IMG/VR virus record: IMGVR_UViG_3300005512_000003
Reading direction: 5' to 3' (one strand)
DNA from: a virus
Lineage: Duplodnaviria; Caudoviricetes
DNA: 64,000 bases
The notes beneath the pieces are model-generated. The model worked only from the letters and a program-made list of their open reading frames with translations, was not told the origin of the DNA and ran no database searches. The position numbers and the translations under genes were made by a program. Numbering within the stretch: the first letter of the stretch is position 1; each line of letters starts with the position of its first letter. This document shows positions 19,472 to 30,200 of the stretch, piece after piece.

Positions 19472-20238
19472 TGGCAATCGGAACATTTTTTCACAGCGAA
19501 GCAAACGATGGACCTAATAAATCACAAATAAGTGGTGATGGTCCTGCTACAATCACAGATGCTACTGGTGTTGTTTGTGGTGTTGCAACTCAACGGGGAA
19601 ATGCTCATATTGATGCTTGTGGTAGTTTTAATGGTGATCTCCTTATGGATGGTAACCTTACTGCTGCTAATGCTGGACCCCATAGAATCGCTAACGCACA
19701 GATCCAGACGGTCGCTTCAGTTACTACTATTTCCCCTGTCACTGGAACTTTATCATTCACTGGTAATGTAACTGGAACTGCATCTGGCAATAAAACTCTT
19801 GCATCATTTGATATTCCTCATGTAAAGAAAAAGAATACAAGAATTCGTCACATTGTTGCAGAGGGTCCAGAACCAGGCATTTATATCAGGGGTAAACTTG
19901 AAGGCACTAATATTATTGAGCTTCCAGAATACTGGGATGGTTTAGTTGATCCAGATACGATCACAGTTACCTTGACTCAGATTGGTACGTCTCAAGATCT
20001 TATCATTCAGGAGATTTCAGGTAGTGTGGTGATACTAAAGTCTGGAACTGGCGAAAGAATTCATTGCTTCTATGAAGTATGGGCAGCACGTTGGTTGAAT
20101 CCAATGAACCATGATGAGAAACTTCATGTAGTTTATGATGGAGAGTCACCAGATGATTATCCAGATGGAAACAAAAACTTCCTGATTGGTGGATGGGACT
20201 ATGACAGAAGGAATCCTCAGTGGGAGACACCAGAGTAA
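19471..20238 (+). CDS. Baseplate-associated protein, paralog 3
   Basis: SFDIPH..KNTRIRHIVAEGPE...IELPEYW. Confidence 0.7.
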   Translation: MAIGTFFHSEANDGPNKSQISGDGPATITDATGVVCGVATQRGNAHIDACGSFNGDLLMDGNLTAANAGPHRIANAQIQTVASVTTISPVTGTLSFTGNVTGTASGNKTLASFDIPHVKKKNTRIRHIVAEGPEPGIYIRGKLEGTNIIELPEYWDGLVDPDTITVTLTQIGTSQDLIIQEISGSVVILKSGTGERIHCFYEVWAARWLNPMNHDEKLHVVYDGESPDDYPDGNKNFLIGGWDYDRRNPQWETPE

Positions 20239-20281
20239 CCGTCACAGTCCCCTTGACACGGAATCCTATGTACGTTATTAT
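20237..20281 (+). promoter_or_regulatory. Early promoter with upstream AACCGTCACA motif
   Basis: AACCGTCACA, then TTGACA(20253)-N17-TATTAT(20276). Confidence 0.7.
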
Positions 20282-20304
20282 ACATAGGTAATCACGAAAC
20301 AGAC

Positions 20305-20517
20305 ATGGACTTTGAATACGCAGGACCTGAAGATGAGTACCTGACTCGTTGTGTCATTGACCCTATGCTCCGAAAGGTTTATCTCTACTCTAGTGAGGGA
20401 GATCAAAAGACCGTGGATTGTGAAAGCGTAGACGAGTTTATGATTCTCCTTGAGTTTCTTCGTGATACTCTTGACGAAGAGTGTCTTGCTTACGCAGAAC
20501 CTGTTGTTGCTTCGTGA
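20305..20517 (+). CDS. Hypothetical protein
   Basis: 70-aa ORF downstream of a good promoter. Confidence 0.7.
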   Translation: MDFEYAGPEDEYLTRCVIDPMLRKVYLYSSEGDQKTVDCESVDEFMILLEFLRDTLDEECLAYAEPVVAS

Positions 20518-20524
20518 TTTCTTT

Positions 20525-20596
20525 GCGGGTGTAGTTCAGTGGTAGAACGTCAGCCTTCCAAGCTGAATGTCGTCGGTTCGAGTCCGATCACCCGCT
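20525..20596 (+). tRNA. tRNA-Gly (anticodon TCC)
   Basis: Acceptor GCGGGTG/CACCCGC, D loop AGTGGTA, anticodon arm TCAGC-CTTCCAA-GCTGA, T loop GGTTCGAGTCC. Confidence 0.96.
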
Positions 20597-20721
20597 TCCA
20601 AAAATGACTTTTAGTTTCATTTTTGGGTGGAAAAATTCTCCAGAAATTTTTGACCCTATTACTTTTTTCATGATAGTTCACCCACTGTCACTTTACCAAG
20701 AAATCTTAGAGTGTTACGAGT

Positions 20722-20877
20722 ATGAGACCAGAAACCCGACAATCTATGGAAATGTTGTTCGCGGCGAAATGGAATTTGCCCAAAGCAGCGAGGAACTGCA
20801 ATCTGACGGACAAGGAGATGAAAATCACCTTTAACGAGTATTGTCGTCTTAATCCTCCTACTTGGGAAGGGGAGTGA
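20722..20877 (+). CDS. Small cyanophage hypothetical protein (51 aa, not in the ORF track)
   Basis: MRPETRQSMEMLFAAKWNLPKAARNCNLTDKEMKITFNEYCRLNPPTWEGE; HTH-like spacing. Confidence 0.6.
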   Translation: MRPETRQSMEMLFAAKWNLPKAARNCNLTDKEMKITFNEYCRLNPPTWEGE

Positions 20878-20903
20878 TTTTTTAGCGAGAAATCCCACTT
20901 TAA

Positions 20904-20989
20904 GCGCGAGTGATGGAATTGGTTAGACATCTCAGACTTAAAATCTGATGAGCATTGCGCTCATGCGGGTTCAAATCCCGCCTCGCGTA
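20904..20989 (+). tRNA. tRNA-Leu (anticodon TAA)
   Basis: Acceptor GCGCGAG/CTCGCGT, anticodon arm TCAGA-CTTAAAA-TCTGA, long variable arm, GGTTCAAATCC. Confidence 0.95.
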
Positions 20990-21071
20990 TTCTTAAAACA
21001 GACACATATCGGGGTAAGAATAAAAAATGAAAATAATCGAAGATCAATCATAAATATTCAAAAAACCGAAC

Positions 21072-21353
21072 ATGTCTCATCGAATAACCAGCTCTCCTAG
21101 ATGGTTAAAGGATTATGAAACAGGCGAAACTAGAATGGTCCTTATGTATTTCATTGAAGGATTTTCATTCACATTTGACGACATGAATGAAGATCAAGAA
21201 AATGATCTCTCAAATATTAGCATAGCAAACAATAATAAAACATATACCTATACTGACTTGTATAGGGAATCTGGATATTTGGTGATGGAAGAGGCACATC
21301 CTTGTCTCTTTGAAATGGACATAGAAAACCCTGAAATGTTACCTATTGATTAA
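21072..21353 (+). CDS. Hypothetical protein
   Basis: 93-aa acidic ORF after an ATAAATA late-promoter-like site. Confidence 0.7.
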   Translation: MSHRITSSPRWLKDYETGETRMVLMYFIEGFSFTFDDMNEDQENDLSNISIANNNKTYTYTDLYRESGYLVMEEAHPCLFEMDIENPEMLPID

Positions 21354-21354
21354 T

Positions 21355-21522
21355 ATGAAAATAAATCTCTGGTATTCAAAAGGAATGGGTCAATGGCGTT
21401 GGACCCTTCATGATGAAAAAGACGATCGCAAAATGGAAGCGGGACAGAGACCAGATTTAAGAGAAGCAATGGATGATATTGCTAACACTGTTGAATACCT
21501 TATTACTAAAGAAGATAAATAA
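21355..21522 (+). CDS. Small hypothetical protein (55 aa, not in the ORF track)
   Basis: MKINLWYSKGMGQWRWTLHDEKDDRKMEAGQRPDLREAMDDIANTVEYL...; fills the gap exactly. Confidence 0.7.
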   Translation: MKINLWYSKGMGQWRWTLHDEKDDRKMEAGQRPDLREAMDDIANTVEYLITKEDK

Positions 21523-21550
21523 CTCATAACAGAAATATTGTGCGAATACA

Positions 21551-24500
21551 ATGGGTCTCAGCAGATTAGATAACTTTCTAAAGAACACCAAAGGTGAAAT
21601 TCTTTATGTCGATCCAAATAATCTGGATTCAACAGACAGCGTAGAAAATCAGGGAAACTCTCTTGCTAGACCCTTCAAAACTCTGCAGAGAGCACTGATT
21701 GAAGCTGCAAGATTTTCGTACCAAAAGGGAGTTGACAACGACAGATTTGGAAAGACTACAGTTGTTCTCTATCCTGGTGAACATATTGTAGATAATCGTC
21801 CTGGTTGGATTCCGATTGCTTCAAACAACTATCGTCTTAGAAGTGGTGCTACTTCTGGAAATCTCTCCCCATTTGACAGCACAACTAACTTTGATCTGAG
21901 AGATGATGATAATATTCTCTACAAACTGAACTCCATTTATGGTGGAGTTATTGTACCAAGAGGTACTTCTATTGTTGGTATGGATCTTCGTAAAACAAAG
22001 ATCATTCCAAGATATGTTCCAGACCCAACAAATGCCCAGATTGAAAGATCTGCCATTTTCCGCGTAACTGGTGCGTGTTACTTCTGGCAGTTTTCTATTT
22101 TTGATGGAGACAGTCAAGGGATTGTATTCAAAGATTATACTACTAATAAGTTTGTTCCAAACTTCTCCCACCATAAGTTAACTTGCTTTGAGTATGCTGA
22201 TGGTGTTAATGATGTTGACATTGATGATGATTTTATCTCTGGATCAGACGGAGCGTTTGAAAAGACTGACCTTGAAATGTATTATGAAAAAGTCGGTAAC
22301 GTATATGGTACGCTGAGTGGTCGTGCAATCTTCCCAGAACAGGTTGGCGATCCTCTCGATATTGAAGCAAAGATTGATGAATATCGTATTGTTGGTTCAA
22401 CTGGTGCTTCCGTTGGTATTAGCAGCATCTTCTCTGGAGACAGCACAACCTCCACAACAACTGTTACTGTTGAGTTAGAATCTGCACTGCCTGATATTGA
22501 TACAGATTCCCCTATTCGTGTCAATGGTGTAGCACCTACGGGTTATGATGGAGCACACGTTGTCACGGAAGTTGTATCTGACACAAGAGTTAAGTATCAG
22601 GTTCAAAATGCTCCTGCTAATGCAAAACCAAGTGCAGCAGATGTTGCAGGAGCAACTCTTGCACTTCAAGTAGATACTGTTACCTCCGCATCTCCATATA
22701 TCTTTAATATCTCTCTGAGATCTGTGTTTGGAATGTGCGGTATGCACGCTGATGGCGATAAGGCATCTGGATTTAAATCTATGGTTGTGGCTCAGTTCAC
22801 TGGAATTGGACTGCAAAAAGATAATAATGCTTTCGTAAAATATAACACTGCTACTGGTCTGTGGGAAGATCAGTTTGCTGCGGGTAATGACAATCTTTCT
22901 TCAGATTCGAGAGCAAAATATAAACCAGACTATGAAAACTTCCATATCAAATCAAGCAACTCTGCTGTTCTTCAGTTAGTTTCCATCTTTGCCATTGGTT
23001 ATGCAAAGCACTTCGTTGCTGAATCAGGATCTGACCAAAGTATTACCAACTCAAACTCTAACTTCGGTCAAATTGCACTGAACGCAGTTGGTTTCAAGAA
23101 AGATGCCTTCCCAAGAGATGATGTTGGATACATTTCACATATTATTCCTCCAAGAAGTTTGGAAGGCGGAAATGTAACTATTGAGTTTAACGCTATTGAT
23201 ATTGGTGCTACTACATCTGTAGCAGCGGCAGCAAGTCCTGGAATAGGTACTACAAGCAGACTCTACTTACTCAACCAAACGAATGTTAAAGTTCCTCCAG
23301 TCACTGTATTGGATGGATACAGATTCGGAGCAAAAGGTACTGAATTAATAAAAGCAAATCTTTCAATATCTGGAGTTACTACTGATTATAGTGCTCGTGT
23401 CATAATGGAAGGTACTCAAGGGACTTCATTAGAACTTTCTGGAGAAAAGATTTACAATGTTGAGCAGAGTGCAGTTGGAGTTAACAGTATTACTTCAAGT
23501 ATTTTTACTCTTTCTTCCGATCATAGATTAAGCAATGGAGAAAGTATTCGTATTATCAGTGAGAATGGTCATCTTCCAGATGGTCTGGAACCAAATACGA
23601 TTTACTTTGTAATTACCAAAGAAGGTGATTCTGTCCTGAATACGAAGCAAATCAAGATTGCTCAAAGTAGAAATGATGCGATTAATAATAATCCATTAAC
23701 AATCAACTCAAAGGGTGGAGCTCTTTCCGTTTCAAGTAGAGTTTCTGATAAGAAAGCAGGAGAATCTGGTCACCCAGTTCAGTTTGATACTGCTCAAGGT
23801 CAATGGTATGTTAATGTATCTGCTGCAGCAACTGAAAACTCTTTATATGGAAAGATTGTTGGTGTTGGAACTACAGTTTTAGGAACTGCAACTCCAAGAA
23901 CTTACATTGAGAGACAGAACGATCCAAGACCATTCTCTGATACTGTTTACAGAGCAAGGGTTGTTATTCCTTCAGACTCCTCAACAACTGCAAGACCTCC
24001 CGTTGAAGGTTATATAATGCAGGAGTCAAATGAAGCGATTCCTTCTACAACCACTGAGATTGAAAAGTATTTCAGTGCATCTACTCAAACATTAACAAAT
24101 TCCACTGAACTTAGAAATCCAAGATTTATTGCAGATGCATCTTGGAGCAGCACCGTTGCTACTATCAGAACGGAAATGCCTCATGAGTTAGTTCCTGGAA
24201 ATGAGGTTGAAATCCTTAATGTAGTAAGCACAGCTAATACTACTGGAACTGCTAAACTTGGTTTTAATGGAACATTTACTGTCACAGCAGTTAGAAGCAG
24301 AAAAGAGTTTCAGTTCTCTTTGACAAGCAATCCTGGAACATTCACAGGAGACACTTCTACTAGAACAACAAGTCTTCCTCACTTTAAGAGGAAGAAGTAT
24401 AATAATACATTTGTTGTGTATAGAGTCAACCAGATTCAAGAATATATTTCAAATAAACAAACTGGAATCTATGACTGCCTTGTAATCAGTACAGCCAACA

Positions 24501-26473
24501 AACCAGTAGTTTCTCCTTTTGCATCACAAAGATATTCTCAACCAATCACTAATCTCTATCCACAACTGAATAGAGATAATCCAAGATCTGACGTTCCAGC
24601 GTCGGATTGCCATGCATCTTCTGATATTATCGGAGAAGTTGTTATTAATGACCCAAGAAACTCTGTTACTAAAGAAACTCTTGCATCAGGTCTCTACGAT
24701 TTCGGCGTAGGTATTGGAATCTCTAACGTAGTTTCTAATGCAACAGGAACTGCACATACAATCACCTCTAGAATTGAGCATGGTTTCAACCGCGCAACAA
24801 AACTTTCGATCACATCAGCAGGTTCTAACTACGGAAGTGGTGGATCAGCAAGACTTTATAATGCTAAACTTGAACCAGCTTCAACAAACGCTGGCAAAAA
24901 TGTCACTGCTTTGATTGATGTCAACGCATCTGGAGAAATCACTAATGCCGAGATCATGGATGGTGGTAGTGCATGTTTAGTTGGAGATAGTTTTAACGTT
25001 GTTGGTGTCGCAACCACGTCAGGACACACTGTTGGTGTTGTCAGCGTAACTCAAATTTATAGCAATATTGGTGATGTGATTCGCCTGAACAATATTTCTG
25101 GATCGAAGAACTCTGATTACAATCAACTTTATAGAATCACTGGTATTACTGCTGGAGATCCATACACAGTCGAAGTATCTTCTGCATCTACGATTTCTTC
25201 TCCATTAGTTGGTTCTGCATCTGGTATTGGTATTACTCTTGCAACTCCAGCATTCTACTATGAAGTTGGTCCATCCATTGATGTTCAAACACTTGATTAT
25301 AATCAGGTTACTGGAGTTGGTATCATAACATGTACTAAATCACATGGATTCTTTGTTGACAACAGGATTCAAGTTTGTAATGCTGATCAAGATCTCTTTA
25401 ATGGAGAGTTTGTCATTAAATCTGTAGGGACAACAACATCCTTTACTATTGACATTGGCATTGGATCTATTGCTTATCCAGAAACTGGAACAATAAAGAT
25501 ATTCCCAACTGGATTTGTTTCTCAGGGTGGTGCATCTTCTCAAGATGATCAAAATATTTCTGGAAGAATGGTCACTGCATACGCAGGTATCACCACTACG
25601 CTTAAAGGCATTTCGGGTTCTGGTACGGCACTTCTTACAACAGATGAGATTGAGATTGATACTGATTATCTCGATATTAAGATTGGCGACTACTTACAGA
25701 TTAATGAAGAGATTGTAAGAGTCAAGGAAACCGTAACTAGTGACATCATTAAAGTGTTCCGTGGCGTGATGGGAACTCAGAGACAAGCACATTCTGCTGG
25801 TGCTGTTATCAAAAGAGTTAGACCCAGACAGATTGAACTCAGAAGAAACTCTATTCTTCGTGCATCTGGTCATACATTTGAATATGTTGGTTATGGTCCT
25901 GGTAACTACTCTACAGCACTTCCACAGAGACAAGATAGAATCATCACTCCATCTGAAGAAGTCTTATCTCAAGCACACAAGGAAGACGGCGGAGTTGTTG
26001 TTTACACTGGTATGAACAACGATGGTAGTTTCTACATTGGTAACAAGAAAGTAAGTTCTTCTACTGGTAAAGAATCAACCTTTGATGCTCCAGTCCCAAC
26101 CACTGTTGGTGAGGACTTGGGTCCAAATCTTAACATTGGTTTTGACGTTCTGACTCCAGTTGAAGCAACTATCACGAGAGCAATCCGTGTTGAAGGTGGA
26201 GATGATTCTACAGTATCTTCAAGATTTGATGGTCCTGTTATCTTCAATAATAAGATTACTTCAAACTCTCTTAGAGGTATTGAAGCACAATCAATCTTTA
26301 TTCAAGGTGAAGCAACAGTTTCTAGAAAGCATACTGTTGGCATTTCGACCCCAACCACACCTGGTAACCCTGGTGACATCGTATATAATGCTAACCCAAC
26401 TAATGGAGGTTATACAGGTTGGATCTATACCACAAATAATGAGTGGAAAACGTTTGGAGACATTAGTTCTTGA
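21551..26473 (+). CDS. Large virion structural / proximal tail fibre-baseplate protein
   Basis: MGLSRLDNFLKN..ILYVDP..LDSTD...RPFKTLQRALIEAARFSY; beta-rich; 1640 aa. Confidence 0.8.
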   Translation: MGLSRLDNFLKNTKGEILYVDPNNLDSTDSVENQGNSLARPFKTLQRALIEAARFSYQKGVDNDRFGKTTVVLYPGEHIVDNRPGWIPIASNNYRLRSGATSGNLSPFDSTTNFDLRDDDNILYKLNSIYGGVIVPRGTSIVGMDLRKTKIIPRYVPDPTNAQIERSAIFRVTGACYFWQFSIFDGDSQGIVFKDYTTNKFVPNFSHHKLTCFEYADGVNDVDIDDDFISGSDGAFEKTDLEMYYEKVGNVYGTLSGRAIFPEQVGDPLDIEAKIDEYRIVGSTGASVGISSIFSGDSTTSTTTVTVELESALPDIDTDSPIRVNGVAPTGYDGAHVVTEVVSDTRVKYQVQNAPANAKPSAADVAGATLALQVDTVTSASPYIFNISLRSVFGMCGMHADGDKASGFKSMVVAQFTGIGLQKDNNAFVKYNTATGLWEDQFAAGNDNLSSDSRAKYKPDYENFHIKSSNSAVLQLVSIFAIGYAKHFVAESGSDQSITNSNSNFGQIALNAVGFKKDAFPRDDVGYISHIIPPRSLEGGNVTIEFNAIDIGATTSVAAAASPGIGTTSRLYLLNQTNVKVPPVTVLDGYRFGAKGTELIKANLSISGVTTDYSARVIMEGTQGTSLELSGEKIYNVEQSAVGVNSITSSIFTLSSDHRLSNGESIRIISENGHLPDGLEPNTIYFVITKEGDSVLNTKQIKIAQSRNDAINNNPLTINSKGGALSVSSRVSDKKAGESGHPVQFDTAQGQWYVNVSAAATENSLYGKIVGVGTTVLGTATPRTYIERQNDPRPFSDTVYRARVVIPSDSSTTARPPVEGYIMQESNEAIPSTTTEIEKYFSASTQTLTNSTELRNPRFIADASWSSTVATIRTEMPHELVPGNEVEILNVVSTANTTGTAKLGFNGTFTVTAVRSRKEFQFSLTSNPGTFTGDTSTRTTSLPHFKRKKYNNTFVVYRVNQIQEYISNKQTGIYDCLVISTANKPVVSPFASQRYSQPITNLYPQLNRDNPRSDVPASDCHASSDIIGEVVINDPRNSVTKETLASGLYDFGVGIGISNVVSNATGTAHTITSRIEHGFNRATKLSITSAGSNYGSGGSARLYNAKLEPASTNAGKNVTALIDVNASGEITNAEIMDGGSACLVGDSFNVVGVATTSGHTVGVVSVTQIYSNIGDVIRLNNISGSKNSDYNQLYRITGITAGDPYTVEVSSASTISSPLVGSASGIGITLATPAFYYEVGPSIDVQTLDYNQVTGVGIITCTKSHGFFVDNRIQVCNADQDLFNGEFVIKSVGTTTSFTIDIGIGSIAYPETGTIKIFPTGFVSQGGASSQDDQNISGRMVTAYAGITTTLKGISGSGTALLTTDEIEIDTDYLDIKIGDYLQINEEIVRVKETVTSDIIKVFRGVMGTQRQAHSAGAVIKRVRPRQIELRRNSILRASGHTFEYVGYGPGNYSTALPQRQDRIITPSEEVLSQAHKEDGGVVVYTGMNNDGSFYIGNKKVSSSTGKESTFDAPVPTTVGEDLGPNLNIGFDVLTPVEATITRAIRVEGGDDSTVSSRFDGPVIFNNKITSNSLRGIEAQSIFIQGEATVSRKHTVGISTPTTPGNPGDIVYNANPTNGGYTGWIYTTNNEWKTFGDISS

Positions 26474-26541
26474 CGAACTCTTTAAACTAAATAGATATAA
26501 ATAATCCAGAGCATAAGTTTCCCAAGAAGGTAAAGTAAAAA

Positions 26542-27171
26542 ATGTCAGTATTACAAGTAGATACCATTAGAGATAGAGGTGGTGCAGGCTCACCCACCCT
26601 CGACAAAGGTGTTGTTGTTTCTGGTGCTTCAACTTTAGGTTATGTAAGAGTTTTAGAAGGTGCTCATGGATCTGGTGGTATTATTACTGCTACTTCTGGC
26701 ATTGTTACCTTCTACGGTGACGCTCAGTACATGTCAAATGTAGGTCTTGCTGTTACCTATATTGACAACAATGTTACGATTGCTGGTACAATCACCGTCA
26801 ACGAACTGGTCTTGACTGGTGGTGGCGGAGTTGGTGGTGGCGCTGCGGGTATTGCAGCATCAACATTGAACATCTCTGGTGTCGGTACTATTGGTAACGT
26901 TCAAATCTCTTCAGGTATTGTAACTGCCGCTGCTGGTATTACTACAGTTCAATACTTTGGTGATGGTTCAGGTCTTACAAGACTGATGGCAGAACATCTT
27001 TTGGTTCATCGCAGACCAGCAACTGGTAGATGGTCTTTGGGTCAAAACATCACTCAAATCTCACTTACCAATAATCCAGATACTCAAACTGGAACATTCC
27101 CAGTCACTGCTCGTGCTGGAATCGTAACCGTAGCATACGGAATGGCTGGACAACCACCATTGTCTATCTGA
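26542..27171 (+). CDS. Short tail-fibre-related protein (paralog of 35703..36530)
   Basis: Shares GIVT.YGDAQY..NVGLAVTYIDNNVTI.GTIT and VHRRPA.GRW..GQNIT. Confidence 0.7.
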   Translation: MSVLQVDTIRDRGGAGSPTLDKGVVVSGASTLGYVRVLEGAHGSGGIITATSGIVTFYGDAQYMSNVGLAVTYIDNNVTIAGTITVNELVLTGGGGVGGGAAGIAASTLNISGVGTIGNVQISSGIVTAAAGITTVQYFGDGSGLTRLMAEHLLVHRRPATGRWSLGQNITQISLTNNPDTQTGTFPVTARAGIVTVAYGMAGQPPLSI

Positions 27172-27242
27172 TAACCCTCTTTGCCATAAATATTTTTAAT
27201 AACATACACCTTAAGAGGGGATAGTGAACCTCGGGAGTACAC

Positions 27243-30200
27243 ATGGCTGTCAATAAGAATTTTGTAGTTAAGCATGGTCTTGAAGTCAAACAAGACCTGC
27301 TTTACGCAGACGCCCAACTAGAGAAAGTTGGTATTGGCACGACTCTTGCTTACCACAAACTCCACGTTGCTGGAGATCTTAAGGTTGATGACGACGCACA
27401 AATCGTTGGTGTCACATCCCTAGGCACCAATACAAAGATCATAGATGGCACCCTGGAGGCGGGAAACACTGGGGTTGGCACCTATGGTCAGTTTTTAATT
27501 GCAACTGGCGCTGGTATTGCATGGACAACAGCACCAAAACTAAGAAAGGTAGAGATATTTACTGCTCTTGAAGGGCAGAAACAGTTTAACTTTGCTCATA
27601 CACTTGGTTTCCTTGATGTATTCCTTAATGGCGTCAAGTTATCAACATCAGAATACACAGAGACTGCTGCTTTTGTAACACTCCTCAATGGATGTACAGC
27701 AGGAGATACTGTTGAACTGATTGGTTATTATTTGTTTGATAATATCGGTGCAGCAAACACCACTGGCATTCAGGGTGTCACAGTTCTTGAAGAGAACACG
27801 ATTACTGGTTCTCCTGCTGCTGTCACGTCAATCAACTTTGTCGGTGCTCATGTAACTGCAGCAGGAACAGGTGCTGGTGTTACAGTCACATTCTTAGGTG
27901 CTGGTGTTGGTATCGCATCTTCTGGCACACAGATTGGATATGGTATCACAAACATTAACTTCATTGGTGCAGGTAATACCTTTGAAGTTAATGGACAAAC
28001 TATTGATGTTTCTATCAATAGTGGTAGTAATACTTTCTGGTCAAAAGAACCTGCATATTCTTCAGGTATCGTAACCACAGGTAGAGTTGGTATTGGATCC
28101 ACTCTACCAATCACGGATGAAGGTTTAGATACACGAGGAGTTGTTAAAACAGATTCTCTGTTTGCGACTAAGAAAGTATTAGATAAAGATGTTGAAACCT
28201 ATGATGGTTACAACAGTTTTGCTGCGGCAAATCTTGCTATCGGTGCTGGAAACTCTATCACTGTTGTTGATGGAGCAACTCTCACCGTTCTAGATGTCAT
28301 TGAAACTCCAGTCAATGCAACTCTTGGAGTATTTGATGATGGAGTTAATGTTGGATACGGAATCACCAGACTTAACTTTACTGGTGCAAACAACTCAGTA
28401 TCTCTTGCATCTCCTACTGCAGTAGATATTGATATTGATGCTGGTGTTGGTATTTACTCTGGTGGTCAAGTAATTTCATTTGGTGTCACTGCATTTAACT
28501 TTGTTGGTGCTGCAAACACATTTGCTGTCAATGATGGTGTTCTGAGTGTTTCTATCAACAGTGGATCTGGCGGTAAGTTTGAAGAAAATGCTGTTGGTAT
28601 TCATACTGTAGATAGAGTTGGTATCGGATCTACTCTTCCAGATGCAGGATCTGCTCTTGATGTTGACGGCATCATCAAAACTCATACTTTCTTTGCAAAC
28701 AAAGCAGTCGTTGATCAAGATGTAACCACAATCTCTGGTTACAACATGTTTGGTGCTGGACCAATCACTATTGAATCTGGAAGAGTTATTAACGTAGTGG
28801 ATGATTCCACTATGTCTGTTCTGGACGCATATACTGTTCCAGTTGGAACTCGTTGGTCTTTAAACTCTACAGGTATTCACACTTCACTTAATGTAGGTAT
28901 TGGAACAACTACTGCAGATGGTGCAGCAGATCCTAATAATGAGTTCATATTAAATGCGGGTATTGTAACTGCCAACTATTATTATGGTGATGGTAGATTC
29001 TTGAGAAACGTTGGTGTTGCAGTCTCTGACTCCGCACCATCAAGTCCAGAAAATGGAAATCTCTGGTGGAGTGAGACTCTCGGTAGAGGTTTCATTTATT
29101 ATGATTCCGCAAATGCATGGGTTGACTTTGCACCAGGAACTGGTGGTGGAGGCGGAGGTGCTTCTGTCATTGGTAGCGGAACGCTATTCAGCACCAATCA
29201 GACTCTCACAGGCATCCACACGACCTCTACAGTGGTCGGTTTGGGCACGACTGCCCCAAGGTTCCAACTGGAGGTTGGACCTGTTGGAGCGGCAGGAACC
29301 TCACTCTGGGTCAACGGTAACGCAAGAGTCACTGGAATCTTAACCGTTGGAACTGGATCCATCGTTCTGGATGGAAATAAGAACGAAATCACCATCGGAG
29401 CAGGAGTAACTATTGATGCTGGTGGTACTCGTATCGGTATCCTGACTGCAAATGATGCTCTGAATGTTGGAACCGCAGTCACATTAACCACTGGTGGTGT
29501 TGTTGCTGGTCTCGGTACATTCAGCAACTTCAATGCAACTAACGTCAATGTCACAGGAGCTACAACAACCAGCACGTTAAATGTTGGATCTGGTATCACT
29601 GTAAACTCTGGTGGATTCAACGTAACTGGAGTTGTTACTTCCTCTTATCTGGTTGCAACTAAAGGTATTGTTGCAAACTCTGGTGTCGTTACAGCATATG
29701 CATTTGTTGGTGATGGTTCTGGACTGACCAATATTACTGCTCAGTCAACTGGTATCACGATTAAGAGAGGCGGCGTTAATATTTCAAGTGGTATTGGAAC
29801 CATTGACTTTGGTGGTGGTCTCGTAGTCTCTGATCTTTCTGTTGGTATTGTTACAGTTACAACTGATCAGCAGTGGCAGACAAATACAAGTGGCGTAACA
29901 ACAACTTCTAATGTTGGAGTTGGAACCACAAACGCAACCAACACACTAACAGTTACTGGCAGTGGAACCAAGACAAACCAGTTGAATGTCACTGGTGTTG
30001 CCACGATCTCTCACGCAGTTGTTGGATCTGCTGTTACGATCACATCTGGTGGCATTGTAGCAGGTCTTTCTACAGTCAACCATCTTGATATTACTGGACT
30101 GAATGCAACTGGCATTGTAACTGCAAATCACACTATCGTTGGATCTGCGGTCACGATGACTGCTGGTGGTGTTGTCGCTGGTCTGGGTACATTCAATAAC

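Noticed and set aside
20525-20989. tRNAs as an integration site or a sign of genetic-code reassignment
   Set aside because: No integrase or duplicated tRNA 3' end is seen, the anticodons are standard, and core genes translate intact with the standard code.
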